Shown piece after piece: positions 48,095 to 58,445 of a stretch of 64,000 nt of DNA. This stretch comes from a virus. Where the stretch lies: the IMG/VR virus record IMGVR_UViG_3300031652_000001, one strand, 5' to 3'. Positions within the stretch are counted from its first letter, which is position 1; each line of letters begins with the position of its first letter. The position numbers and the translations under genes are program-made. Under the pieces are notes generated by a model. It was not told the DNA's origin and made no database searches. It saw only the letters and a list, made by a program, of their open reading frames with translations.

Positions 48095-48141
48095 GATTAA
48101 AGCTCCTTGTCTTCGGGTTACTAACCCGGCATCTACAAACA

Positions 48142-48180
48142 AGCTTAGTTCCGACTAAGGGTGAAGTCAAGTTCATGTTT
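48142..48180 (-). promoter_or_regulatory. Phage promoter (GAAC-TTGACT family)
   Basis: TTGACT-17 nt-TAAGCT. Confidence 0.7.
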
Positions 48181-48270
48181 TAAAAAAAATGAATCAGTCA
48201 GAAAATAGTCAGAAAATCAGTTCGAGACAGCATTGAAGCCCAGACTTGAATCGATAGTTGCACCTGGACA

Positions 48271-48735
48271 TTATAAGAATCTCCATTTTCCGGTATATGG
48301 ATTATAGGTTTCCCCTGATCGGTCTACATCTCCATTTTTTTCATCCGAACCAAATGACCAATTGGACTTCAATTTATGCTTAACTCTATTCGGATCGATA
48401 TCCTTCGTTTCGATTCTCACTTCGACCGTTGGAACATCATCAGGATGCCGATACCTCATAAAAAATCCATTGGCTCCATATCGATTCTTTTCGACATGGA
48501 GATTCACTATTCCCCTCTGGTTCATGATACGAACAATGACAGCACAATTGTATGAGAACATCGTTCTCTGCATCGGACCAAAGTCAGCAACGTGACAAGC
48601 AAAATCAGACATCATCCTTGTCTCAGCAACGCCAGGATCTCCATAAAACATCGTTATTTTGTCGACTGGTATCCCGCCACCGAGGGCTCTATTCAGCTCA
48701 TCGCTAGGAGTCTTTATTCTCATTATAACCTCCAA
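48271..48735 (-). CDS. Truncated/degenerate RecA/RadA-like ATPase
   Basis: RIKT..DELNRALGGGIP...ITMFYGDPGVAET (Walker A Lys lost) and VEKNRYG. Confidence 0.6.
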   Translation of the reverse strand: MEVIMRIKTPSDELNRALGGGIPVDKITMFYGDPGVAETRMMSDFACHVADFGPMQRTMFSYNCAVIVRIMNQRGIVNLHVEKNRYGANGFFMRYRHPDDVPTVEVRIETKDIDPNRVKHKLKSNWSFGSDEKNGDVDRSGETYNPYTGKWRFL

Positions 48736-48964
48736 TTAGATTCCGTTCCCACCATTTGACTTGAGTGGTCGGAGAGCATATGCAGTAGGAATCCCTGAAT
48801 GCATGCTCTTCCCATTTATCCCTACAATCAGGGCACTGCATCTCATACGGCCAGCCAAGATCACAAGCGCACCCACTTATGCCTTTCTTACAGTACCCAC
48901 CGTCGTCGAGCTTCTCTTTTAATACCTTTACAGAAAATTCTACATATGGCTTTCCCTTATTCAT
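48704..48964 (-). CDS. Cys-rich hypothetical protein
   Basis: Coupled ORF. Confidence 0.5.
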   Translation of the reverse strand: MNKGKPYVEFSVKVLKEKLDDGGYCKKGISGCACDLGWPYEMQCPDCRDKWEEHAFRDSYCICSPTTQVKWWERNLIGGYNENKDS

Positions 48965-48973
48965 CGCCTTAAA

Positions 48974-50371
48974 TCATCCTCCCTCCGGAAGCCACTTCTT
49001 CCCATCGCACGCGATCCTATTGAATTTGTCCCAGAGACCGGCATCCTTGAACTCAAAATGCCCAGTACCCTTCTGATAGCACTTTATCCGAAAAAAAGTA
49101 GACTCGACCGGCCAACCTTCCTTGCACCCTCTATCAATCGCCTTGTTTATCGACTCTATTTCCTCGATTCTCTTCCCGGTAATGGTGCACATCGCCGTAT
49201 CAATATCGTTCAGCTCACTTGGCCTATTCCATGACGGACGCATCCCCCACTGTCGTTCCCATGTCACGATATACGGAAGAATAAACTTTCGCTTCACCTT
49301 CCATCTGTCATTCGTCTTCCACCCTTCAGGATGAACACGATTCTCTTTGTGGTACTTGGTCAGATAGTCAAAAACATCCACAATATTCTGCTTGAAAATA
49401 TCGCTGTTGCTCAGAATAAGAGACTCCATGACTTTCAAAATATTTTCTACATTGAAAGCAAGCCCCGTATTCGCCTCAACAAACTTGTCAAAATCCCGCC
49501 TGCATGAAGTGGTCATGTATTTGGCAAATTCACCTTCCCTAAGAAGAGCATCCCAACAACCCTTCTTCAGCGAATCGACCATGTCATTGTACGACTCCGC
49601 CAAACCATCTTTTTGAACGCACTCTTTTATCATGTTGTCGAGAGAAGTCCTTGAAACCAACATCCCAACATGACCCCTGATTCTACCTACCGCCTCAAGC
49701 ATATCCCGGATCGCCCCAACAGCATCGCCGTATTGACCCACAATCGTCGATACCATGTCCCTCCTTACCAAACCATGGTCGATAACAGACTTGGATTCTG
49801 GAGGCCCTGAGACATCCACAACAGGATTAAAGGAAAACACCTTCAGTTCTGGGTCTGGTTTTCGAACAACAACCTTCAAAACTCTCACATCAGTTTTTCT
49901 CTCAGCAGCAAAGAAAGCACTTCCAAGATACTCGGCTTTGCCATGATCCTCGATGATCCTCGCCAACGTCTCAGTCTTTTTGTTTCCAGGACCAATAGCT
50001 CTCTCCGGAAGAATGGCCACAATCTCCCTGGCCTTACAGACATTCCAAGCATGTAAAAAATGGTCAATACAATTACTAAAGGGAGGATTCATTACAACAA
50101 GATCAAAATAGTGCTCCCCTCCATATTGAAAGAAATCATTACCAAGTATTGTGACTTTCTTCTCTCGAAGGATCGAACAAAGCTCAAGACTCTGCTCTAT
50201 ACCATAGACCTTTGTCCGCCATGAATTACGACTGAGAAAAGGAGCAAGCAAGTCGCCTTTTCCTGCCGACGGATCAAGTACACTTATTACCTTCCCAACG
50301 TAATCACCAACAATCTTATAAGCCAAATGAGGAGGTGTCGGATAGAATTCCCTATGGAAATCACCGTGCAT
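48974..50371 (-). CDS. DNA methyltransferase with DUF4942 domain
   Basis: FYPTP, VLDPSAGKG and VMNPPF motifs; C-terminal FFRIKCYQKGTGH. Confidence 0.88.
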   Translation of the reverse strand: MHGDFHREFYPTPPHLAYKIVGDYVGKVISVLDPSAGKGDLLAPFLSRNSWRTKVYGIEQSLELCSILREKKVTILGNDFFQYGGEHYFDLVVMNPPFSNCIDHFLHAWNVCKAREIVAILPERAIGPGNKKTETLARIIEDHGKAEYLGSAFFAAERKTDVRVLKVVVRKPDPELKVFSFNPVVDVSGPPESKSVIDHGLVRRDMVSTIVGQYGDAVGAIRDMLEAVGRIRGHVGMLVSRTSLDNMIKECVQKDGLAESYNDMVDSLKKGCWDALLREGEFAKYMTTSCRRDFDKFVEANTGLAFNVENILKVMESLILSNSDIFKQNIVDVFDYLTKYHKENRVHPEGWKTNDRWKVKRKFILPYIVTWERQWGMRPSWNRPSELNDIDTAMCTITGKRIEEIESINKAIDRGCKEGWPVESTFFRIKCYQKGTGHFEFKDAGLWDKFNRIACDGKKWLPEGG

Positions 50372-50841
50372 CGTCGCCAATTTTCCTCGACGGAAGTACT
50401 TTCGAAACATCGGAAAGAATATCAACGAAAACAGGACCTATGTGAGCCGCAAAAATACGGTTACCCTTCGTCTTGAGAATGTATGTATCCGCCCCTTTAT
50501 AATCCTCGACCGTAACAAATTCAAAAGACTTGCCATTGAATAAATAAACCTCATCTCCAATCTTGAACGGATCTCCACTTCTATCAAAATCACTCATCAG
50601 AATTCATCTTTGCATCTATCAAAGCCCTTTCAGCCCCAATAGAATCAAACGTTTCCCATTCTCCACAGCGACCATCCCTCCACGTCTCCAGACCATAGAA
50701 TGAAGACTTGTCGCAACGGCACTCCCCCTCAATCATCATTCGTCCCTCCTCTGTAAACCAATCCTTGCACGTCCGACATTGACCCCACCAATCAAGATGA
50801 ATACGTATCGACTCTTCAATATCCATGGTCAACCCTTTCGC

Positions 50842-51258
50842 TCAGAGACTACCTTGACCTTTTTTTATACACCCACGCCAATGCATATTACTGGCCTCTC
50901 CATATCCAAGGTTTTCACGTCCACAGAATTTACACTTGTACTTTAAACCGAACTGTGTCGATTTCACATAGTAGAGGCTTTTCTTCCCCCTTGATTTCCA
51001 CCCCCTCGGTTTCTCAATCTCGACGGCCGGAATAGAGGTGAATTCAACCCTCTCACCATCGACCATCAATCTGAAATAGTCCTCTTTATTCTCAATCACA
51101 CCATCCGGATGAACCGAGTTGGACACCTCAAGAGGAAGCTCCACCGAAATCGAAAACCAAACATCAAGATCTATGCCATGTACCGAATGACTTGGGACTT
51201 CCGCAAATTGGCCCGAATTTTTATTGACAATATACGAAACCTCATTGGTTTCCTTCAT
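50842..51258 (-). CDS. Hypothetical protein
   Basis: First gene after promoter; AGGAG RBS. Confidence 0.6.
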   Translation of the reverse strand: MKETNEVSYIVNKNSGQFAEVPSHSVHGIDLDVWFSISVELPLEVSNSVHPDGVIENKEDYFRLMVDGERVEFTSIPAVEIEKPRGWKSRGKKSLYYVKSTQFGLKYKCKFCGRENLGYGEASNMHWRGCIKKGQGSL

Positions 51259-51302
51259 AAAGATCTCCTATCTTCAGGTCACTAACCTGGCATCTACCCT
51301 GA

Positions 51303-51340
51303 AGCTTAATTCGGTTTTAAAGTGAAGTCAAGTTCGTGTT
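51303..51340 (-). promoter_or_regulatory. Phage promoter (GAAC-TTGACT family)
   Basis: TTGACT-17 nt-TAAGCT. Confidence 0.7.
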
Positions 51341-51487
51341 TTACTCTTCAACACAACAAGATGAGTTTTTTTTATCCATATGACCAAGCTCACACACTCT
51401 CATGCCGACCAGAAATCCTACCCCTCCCATCATCATCAATAAAAAAAAACAGGATAACCAACATCACCTTAGGAAACTCAATGTCCA

Positions 51488-51712
51488 TCACCTCCCCCTC
51501 TTTACCTTTACACGGTAATTTCCTCTCTCGCTCCTCTCCAGAAGACCTTCTTTAACAAGAGCCTTGCAAACCGGACTCGCCACAGATGAACCCGTCGTGA
51601 ACTCAGAATGAGGTATCGCCGCATCTCCGATTTCCGTCGGCTTCGCCCAATCCCCTTTCTCCCTGAGATATTTCAAGACCCTCTCCTTTTTCTCATCCAT
51701 TCGCATTTTCAT
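51488..51712 (-). CDS. Winged-helix-like protein
   Basis: VLKYL...KPTEIG...CKALVKEGLLER...G.Y. Confidence 0.55.
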   Translation of the reverse strand: MKMRMDEKKERVLKYLREKGDWAKPTEIGDAAIPHSEFTTGSSVASPVCKALVKEGLLERSERGNYRVKVKRGR

Positions 51713-51834
51713 TTCCTTCCGGCGCCGTCAATATCCTACCAAGGATGCGCCCAGTTTTATCCTGAAGCCTAATTTCACCTTTCAGAACTTCCGGATCAAC
51801 AACTATTTTCATCCCTAAAAAACTGCCTACCGTT

Positions 51835-52359
51835 CTATTTTTTCCACTTCTGAAACAAGATATTGGTCTGTATATCAAGATGATCCACCTTTATACCGAC
51901 AGTTTGGAATACCGTTGCCGCCTTGTCGTCATGGTAATCATCTAAATAGTAAACCTGAACAACCCCACCCAACTGCACAAGACGTTTCGCACATGCCCTA
52001 CATGGATAAACCGTTACGAATACAACCTTCTCCGTTACCCTCGGCTCTGAGCAAGAGATGACCGCATTCTCTTCGGCATGAATGCACCCACACCCACCAG
52101 ACTCATCTGGATTGTCACACTGATTCGGGAGCCCAGCAGCATTCCCATTGTACCCAACAGAAAGAACTCGCCTGTAGTCGGACGATGTTATCGCGCAACC
52201 TACCTGTCTTCTTGAACAGGTAGACCGCAAAGACATTATGACCGCCAACAACATATAACTCTCCTGAAAAGACGGTCTCATGTTCATCCTAAGACCCAGT
52301 CCATTCCTTGGACACCTACACTTCTCATCTGACACTTCATCCCCTTTTTCTAGGTACAA
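51835..52359 (-). CDS. dCMP deaminase
   Basis: RSTC.RRQVG, GYNG, HAEENA and PCRAC. Confidence 0.9.
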   Translation of the reverse strand: MYLEKGDEVSDEKCRCPRNGLGLRMNMRPSFQESYMLLAVIMSLRSTCSRRQVGCAITSSDYRRVLSVGYNGNAAGLPNQCDNPDESGGCGCIHAEENAVISCSEPRVTEKVVFVTVYPCRACAKRLVQLGGVVQVYYLDDYHDDKAATVFQTVGIKVDHLDIQTNILFQKWKK

Positions 52360-53227
52360 TCACCCCAGCAATATCGAACAAGGAATTCTCAAAATCCCTG
52401 CTGAAATCCTCATAAAACGCTATTGGAACACGAATCTCCTTTTCGTTCTCTAGCAATTTTCCAGGATGCAAATCAACCCGACCCACCCCGGTATCCTTGT
52501 CATAAACGGCATAAAAAAATCCATCGTCAAACCAATTGTTGAACATATCTCTCGTGTCCCAAACAGCAAATTTTCTCCGGAAGACCGCCAAATCGAAGAC
52601 CGCCAAATCATCTCTTTGGAACAACGTGTTCGTAAACCCCTCCGCATACCTCGACCATGACACAAAAAAAGTTGAACGAATCACCTTGGAACCAATCATC
52701 TTATACACACTATTGGACCAAAAACCTTCACCATCGTTGTCTATGATGAAAGCAGCATAGATCTGACTTGAAAAAAGTTCACGACAATAGATGTCCTTCT
52801 CCGTTGGATCAAAAGCGATCTCTACGTTCAATTTAGGAATGTAAATCTTCTTCCTCAAAGGATCGCTTTTTACAAACTCTCCAAAATATTCTGTTCGTTC
52901 CAAGAGAGATCTCATAGCATTGAAATGTATATCGAACATCTCTCTGTCCTTTATGAAAAAAGGAAGCCAGATTACCCTGGCAGGATTCAGTTTCAACCGA
53001 ATTCTTTCGTTCTCATCCATCGTCGCCAACTCGTAGAGCATCCTCAATGCGACAAGACGAATAAATGAATTCTTACCGGTCCCTACAGCACCGGTAATCA
53101 ACCCGAGACTGTAATCACCATTGAAGAAATCAACAAACGACTCAGCCAACTTTGGAAACATGTGCCCGGCAAAACCATTGACATAGGTTTTGTCACTCAA
53201 AAAATCAGATGGAGACACCCTTTTCAT
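52337..53227 (-). CDS. Degenerate paralog of the TerL ATPase domain
   Basis: GLITGAVGTGKN...LYEL and IRVPIAFYEDF...DIAGV align by eye with TerL at 1-2611. Confidence 0.75.
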   Translation of the reverse strand: MKRVSPSDFLSDKTYVNGFAGHMFPKLAESFVDFFNGDYSLGLITGAVGTGKNSFIRLVALRMLYELATMDENERIRLKLNPARVIWLPFFIKDREMFDIHFNAMRSLLERTEYFGEFVKSDPLRKKIYIPKLNVEIAFDPTEKDIYCRELFSSQIYAAFIIDNDGEGFWSNSVYKMIGSKVIRSTFFVSWSRYAEGFTNTLFQRDDLAVFDLAVFRRKFAVWDTRDMFNNWFDDGFFYAVYDKDTGVGRVDLHPGKLLENEKEIRVPIAFYEDFSRDFENSLFDIAGVIVPRKRG

Positions 53228-53239
53228 CTCCTACTCCTT

Positions 53240-53599
53240 TCAGTTAATTATCTCTTCATAAAAGCCAGGAACTTTTATTCCCAATGAAGTCCACAGCATC
53301 AAAAAATCCAGCTTCTCCTGTCGCTCTTCCATATACTCAAGAAAAGCCGCCCCACCCATTACCCTGCTCCTTACCAATAAAACCCTTGCCTCTTTTCGCA
53401 ACGAAATAAGATCCTCAATGGAATTGTCAGAAATCTTCCTTCGTTCAACCATCCGGTAAGATAATTGGGTGATCGGAGTTATCCAAAGTGCAACATGAGG
53501 AACAACCTCATTCGTGTCACCAATCAAGAAAGTGAAAGCATCTGTGTCCCACTGCCAAAAATGATCCTTGCGTTCATAAAATCCCGTCTTATCAACCAT
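53240..53599 (-). CDS. Hypothetical protein
   Basis: Packed ORF. Confidence 0.55.
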   Translation of the reverse strand: MVDKTGFYERKDHFWQWDTDAFTFLIGDTNEVVPHVALWITPITQLSYRMVERRKISDNSIEDLISLRKEARVLLVRSRVMGGAAFLEYMEERQEKLDFLMLWTSLGIKVPGFYEEIIN

Positions 53600-53825
53600 G
53601 ACTCACGCTCTTGAACGTCTACATTCAAAAGCAGCTATCGCGATACTCAGTAAAGTATCACTCTCATTGATAGCACACTTTGAATTGCACTCACCACCAA
53701 CCCGATAAATACAGTCATCATCCACCATCGTCTTTGCAGCATGAAGACAAGGCTCGCCAAGGCATTCATACTTTCCGTCTTTTGTCCTTCGACACGAACT
53801 TGGTTCATGTCTATCAATCTTCCTG

Positions 53826-54323
53826 TCACTCATTTTCTTCTTCCAAAAAACTCAACATCTGTGTGTCTACACGATAAATTATCCCCGAAAAATCCTTCCT
53901 GAAATTCCCCCTCTTACAGTCCGGTTCCCCCTTGACCCAAACTCTAGATGCCTCCTTCTTTGTTATTTCAAGCGGCAAATACCGACGCAAAAGCCCAACA
54001 TGAAGCACCCCTTCTCTATCCTGTCTTGGAATATACACTCCAACCAGCTTCAGTATCGGCAATGCTCGCTTGAGTTTTATCGATCCTTCGATCTCATCAG
54101 CCAATAGCTCATACCAGAAAATATCATCAGGAATTTTCTGGACCTTCAATACTCTGTATTTCGATAATCTGAAAATGAAACTGAATACACCGAAATCAAT
54201 ATGGTCGAGAAGAATCAACTCCTCATGATCCTGAACCTTTATGCCATATGCATCGCCGATAATCCTCAAGCTCGCCATGCTCGGGAAATCAGTAAGTTTC
54301 TCTGTCTCACATCTCAACTTCAT
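53826..54323 (-). CDS. Small kinase-like protein
   Basis: Gly-loop-like DFGVFS, VLKV, DCKRGNF (DxKxxN) and YRVD. Confidence 0.45.
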   Translation of the reverse strand: MKLRCETEKLTDFPSMASLRIIGDAYGIKVQDHEELILLDHIDFGVFSFIFRLSKYRVLKVQKIPDDIFWYELLADEIEGSIKLKRALPILKLVGVYIPRQDREGVLHVGLLRRYLPLEITKKEASRVWVKGEPDCKRGNFRKDFSGIIYRVDTQMLSFLEEENE

Positions 54324-54679
54324 CCAAGACCATCAATCAGAATCTTCATCAAAAATATCGATCTCATCACCTTCGACGTAATCAGGATGATGAACACAGA
54401 GACTGGTTTGCTTTACGGATCTATCATGAATGTAGCAATATCCAATATCTTGCTCACCTGAATACACAAACTCATCACATGTCCAGCAAGTAGCATCACT
54501 TTTAGACTCTATCAAATTCTCCGACATCGGAGACTCTTCCCTGTTACCTAAAACCCAATCCAAAGCAGCTATTACACCTTCTTCATACGTCATACCTGGA
54601 AAATTAGAACCGTCATCAATAGAATCAGATGCCTCTCTTATCTGCTCATCAATTTCAATCTTATTGATTTTTATTTGCA

Positions 54680-55096
54680 TCACTGACCAATCAATTTTCC
54701 GTTGATATTCAGATTCTGAAGCACCTCTTTGCATCCACCGGCGCCCCAAATATTGACATCCCAATAGTCAGTCGGACAATTGAGAACAATCTTCTCTCTA
54801 GAATCCAACACCAGATTACAGGTTCCGTACCCGTCATTGTCAGAATCACCAGCACAACTCCACCTGGATACAGAAAGCCCATTCTTCTCGATGTACTTCT
54901 GTGCTCCATCGCTTGCCCGCTGTTCGGTCCATGCCCTGTTGTTCAGACAACCATTCCCGATAGTCAGACCGACAATGATGAAAACCGAGACAACAAACAA
55001 CAATTCAATTACCGTAAAACCCTTCGAAAGCTTCATTATCTTATCCTCCTTTTCATACCCAATAGCTCCGTCAAACCCTCTTCTTCTTACTACCAC
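54680..55096 (-). CDS. Prepilin-type N-terminal cleavage/methylation protein (likely start MKLSKG)
   Basis: KG|FTVIELLFVV class III signal peptide, hydrophobic helix, C-terminal Cys pairs. Confidence 0.75.
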   Translation of the reverse strand: MVVRRRGFDGAIGYEKEDKIMKLSKGFTVIELLFVVSVFIIVGLTIGNGCLNNRAWTEQRASDGAQKYIEKNGLSVSRWSCAGDSDNDGYGTCNLVLDSREKIVLNCPTDYWDVNIWGAGGCKEVLQNLNINGKLIGQ

Positions 55097-55421
55097 TCTT
55101 CCGTTTTTTCTGTGATCGTCCTTTACCTTTTTTAGTCGTCACGATAGTCCTCGTTTTCGGCATCGGCCCAATCGGCTCGAAAGTGATTTCATCTGGTTTT
55201 ATCTCCTTCACTTTGAACCGATACCCCTTGAGCCTGAATTCTTCCCCCACTGAAAATACCGGGTAATTTTCAGGAACAGGGGAACCATCCTCTCGAACAA
55301 AATCCCCCTCCATTACCCTCATCCGCCTATTATGCTCGGACACGAGTTCAGCCACCTGTTTTTCGTACTCAGCATCTTTTGGATGAACTGCTTCAAACCT
55401 GTTTGTCTCAGGATTCATCAT
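55071..55421 (-). CDS. Hypothetical protein
   Basis: Packed ORF. Confidence 0.55.
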   Translation of the reverse strand: MMNPETNRFEAVHPKDAEYEKQVAELVSEHNRRMRVMEGDFVREDGSPVPENYPVFSVGEEFRLKGYRFKVKEIKPDEITFEPIGPMPKTRTIVTTKKGKGRSQKKRKSGSKKKRV

Positions 55422-55633
55422 GACTTACTCTACTCCTTCTCCAATTATTGATTTCGCCATGGCCTCTTGAAAAGTCTCCACCTCACCTCGACGGGGATGT
55501 CCCATCTTGGCTTGCCTATCTTTATACCATAACGCGAAATCGATTGCACATCTACCACAAAGTAAACTTGGCCCCCTCGAACTCAAAACCCACCCCGTTG
55601 CCTCATGGGCAGGCCCACCGCAACAGAGACACC

Positions 55634-56356
55634 TCATTTATACCGAGTAAAAAATATCGAAATATTGTCCGATCTGGTCGCTGTATCAATCCGTTCAGCC
55701 GCCCGTTCAGCCGCCTTGGTGACCTTCGACATCACCAACGTACAATACTCGTCAATGAGCTGTTTAGGCATCGGCTCAATCAATGCAACACGCACGCCAT
55801 ACTGGTCCATTCTCCATCTATAAAAATCATCCTCTGATACCCACCTGGTCCTCAATAGCTCTGGTGTAAGCTCCCACGTCCCACTTCCTTGGCTAGAAGT
55901 AACCTCCGAAATATCCTTAAATTTTCGTTCCCTAGTACATAAAAAAGGCTCTCCATTTATTCGTATATTAGAACATCCATCAACTAATCTCACTGGATAC
56001 TTCCCACAGTACTTCATCATGTGATCCAGTGTCGGCCACTCCGGATGTTCGTCCCTCGCTGCAATCTCATCCTCGATGTCGAGAATCACCCCCTCAGCCT
56101 CCTCGATACTTCTGCCTTCATGAAGACGATCACTGTTCTCTATATGAACCCTCAGAGAATCAATCGCTTCTTCGCATGTCTCCATCTCACAAAGCCAATC
56201 AAATTCACGATGGTCCCTCCATGTCTCTTTCCATAGATATTTCTTCTCAGTTTTTTCATCCATCTTGTCCTCCTGAAAAAATATTAACGAACAGCCCCTT
56301 TTTCTCCCAAAATGCGTTAGTTCATTCTTTATCGTACACCCACTCAAACTCGCCAA
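55634..56356 (-). CDS. Hypothetical protein (start probably MDEKTE)
   Basis: AGGAGG RBS before the internal ATG. Confidence 0.6.
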   Translation of the reverse strand: MASLSGCTIKNELTHFGRKRGCSLIFFQEDKMDEKTEKKYLWKETWRDHREFDWLCEMETCEEAIDSLRVHIENSDRLHEGRSIEEAEGVILDIEDEIAARDEHPEWPTLDHMMKYCGKYPVRLVDGCSNIRINGEPFLCTRERKFKDISEVTSSQGSGTWELTPELLRTRWVSEDDFYRWRMDQYGVRVALIEPMPKQLIDEYCTLVMSKVTKAAERAAERIDTATRSDNISIFFTRYK

Positions 56357-56526
56357 GCAACGCGCAGCAAGTTTCCCCCGAATCTGCTTTGAACGCGACT
56401 TTATGTGTCCTGGATGATCCCTTTTCTGTGTGTATTTTTGTTATTTTATACACGTTCCCTTTCTTGCAATTGTGCTTACTCGCTATCGGTAAATCTACAA
56501 TTAATTTTATTTTATTCGGACTAGCT

Positions 56527-56901
56527 CTATTCATTACTGACTTCCTTTTCCAGAATTTCACCCCCCTCTTTAGTATCACCTTCATCTTCCCGCATCTGCT
56601 CCGTGGCTGCGCCCATTTCTTCTATATCGTCATTCATAACCGTTAATCCCATTCGCTTATAAAAGTCGATGAGCACGCCCTTTGGAATACTGCCCTCCTT
56701 CGGACTTGCCGTAATGCCTATACATCCTGTATACCCATGAGACCGGATCGCGCTTATCGCCGCGAGGAGAATTTCTTTAGCCCTCCCCTGTCTCCTATTG
56801 TCCTCGCTCACGTACAAATTGTATATGCACGCTCCATAGTCTTCGTCTATATCATAATTGCAGTACCCAAACTCTGTCTTGATAAATATGTATCTACACA
56901 T
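56527..56901 (-). CDS. GNAT-family acetyltransferase
   Basis: LYV...RRQGRA (acetyl-CoA motif) and FYKRMG. Confidence 0.8.
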   Translation of the reverse strand: MCRYIFIKTEFGYCNYDIDEDYGACIYNLYVSEDNRRQGRAKEILLAAISAIRSHGYTGCIGITASPKEGSIPKGVLIDFYKRMGLTVMNDDIEEMGAATEQMREDEGDTKEGGEILEKEVSNE

Positions 56902-56903
56902 CT

Positions 56904-57350
56904 TTATCGGACCTTTCCAATGCCCCTCAGTTTTCCTTTCAAAAAGTCATCCCTGATGTTCATCAATATTTTTCCAAGATGGTTTTCACCTTTGCCATTA
57001 CAACATCCCCAGTATTCGTCCCCCCACGTATTACCCTCCACAATCTCACCATCAATCTGAGTGAGCGCCCAAGTCAAATCTCTATACATAGTGAACTTGT
57101 ATCGGACCAATGCTTCCATCAGTTCAATCTTCTTCATCTCCCACCCATCCTTGAGCTCCAGCTTCCTGCCAAGCCTCCTGGCCTCTTTAGGCTTACAAAT
57201 CTGGAAGGAAACCCTCTCTTCACGGTTATCCGTTTTCATCGCCTGGAAAGCATTCTCGGTTGATGGATATGCCATTCCATCAACCACCACCCGACACGGA
57301 TACATATTGCTCAAAAAAAAGAATTCACCAGTAAACGATTCAACATCCAT
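56904..57350 (-). CDS. NADAR (YbiA/DUF1768) family protein
   Basis: FLSN.Y, STE.AFQAMK, EGNTWGD.YWG and G.N.LGKILM..R. Confidence 0.92.
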   Translation of the reverse strand: MDVESFTGEFFFLSNMYPCRVVVDGMAYPSTENAFQAMKTDNREERVSFQICKPKEARRLGRKLELKDGWEMKKIELMEALVRYKFTMYRDLTWALTQIDGEIVEGNTWGDEYWGCCNGKGENHLGKILMNIRDDFLKGKLRGIGKVR

Positions 57351-57615
57351 TGCCCATTGATCCTCTTCACATCAATACGGTTTATCTCTGTCGTCGAGCC
57401 CCTTTACAATTCCATCAACACGATCCCAATCAATCGTTATCACCTTCCTCGATGCCAAATCCAACAATATTTTTGCATCCATTTCCGTCTGTCGCTGATC
57501 ATTGTATTTGAATACATGAAACAACATCGACATCACCCAATACTTTCTAGATGCCTCTTTTGCCTCTTCCTCTGTTGTGTATGTCCGACCATCCTCTGCC
57601 TGATACCCTGTCGGA

Positions 57616-58008
57616 TCAGCTCTGAACTCCATCCTTCTTCTCCATTTCCAAAAAGAAGACCGATCCAACCGGCCTACTCATCGGCTGAATGTCAAACCCG
57701 CCATCCATTTTAATCAGCTCACTGTGAACACGCCTGATAGGAAATTGTTTCATGGCCCTCCACCACGCAAACCAGCTATCCGGATCATTGATCATCGACT
57801 CCATCCTCTGAAGGTTTCTCTCGACGTCATCTTGAAGCTTCCATATCTCTTCATGAAGAGGAGTTACCTTTTCAGCACACTCAGAACAATAGTGATAACC
57901 AACCCCCTTAGCCTCATTCCAAATACTCGGGTCAACACCATATCCCGAAGTCATGAACCCATAGGTGCTGCCACAGAACCAACATTCCCTTTTGACGATG
58001 ATGGTCAT
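57616..58008 (-). CDS. Hypothetical Zn-binding protein
   Basis: Two CxxC motifs. Confidence 0.55.
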   Translation of the reverse strand: MTIIVKRECWFCGSTYGFMTSGYGVDPSIWNEAKGVGYHYCSECAEKVTPLHEEIWKLQDDVERNLQRMESMINDPDSWFAWWRAMKQFPIRRVHSELIKMDGGFDIQPMSRPVGSVFFLEMEKKDGVQS

Positions 58009-58445
58009 TGCCCTAACTCCTCAAGCTTTCTCCATGTATCCTCGACAGAAATACCTCCAACCAACCATCTCCACTGTAGAAACACTTCCTGATTCTCTTC
58101 ATTCTTGTCATACCACTTCGACAAGTTCTCATGGTCATACATATCAGCCCCAGCAAAACACAATTCCGCAATGAAATAATCGTATTGATCAGGAAGTCCC
58201 TCAACCACATCTTTTACTGTCCTACCCCCCCACAGCCTCCTGGCTTCGAGGTCCGCTCCAGTTGGGATATCCATTTCCTCTTCTTCGTCGGTCCGCTCAT
58301 AATCTATCACAAGCGGTCCTGTGGCCTTGCAATTTGAACACCACCAACAAAAGCATTGACCATCCTCATCTGCGGAAATCGTCTCTCCCTCTACCGACAA
58401 ACAATGAGGACAAGAAACAACTTCAACATGATTTTTCTCATCCAT
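58005..58445 (-). CDS. Lar-like zinc-ribbon protein
   Basis: CPHC...WCSNCKATGP...A...W.R. Confidence 0.5.
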   Translation of the reverse strand: MDEKNHVEVVSCPHCLSVEGETISADEDGQCFCWWCSNCKATGPLVIDYERTDEEEEMDIPTGADLEARRLWGGRTVKDVVEGLPDQYDYFIAELCFAGADMYDHENLSKWYDKNEENQEVFLQWRWLVGGISVEDTWRKLEELGQ

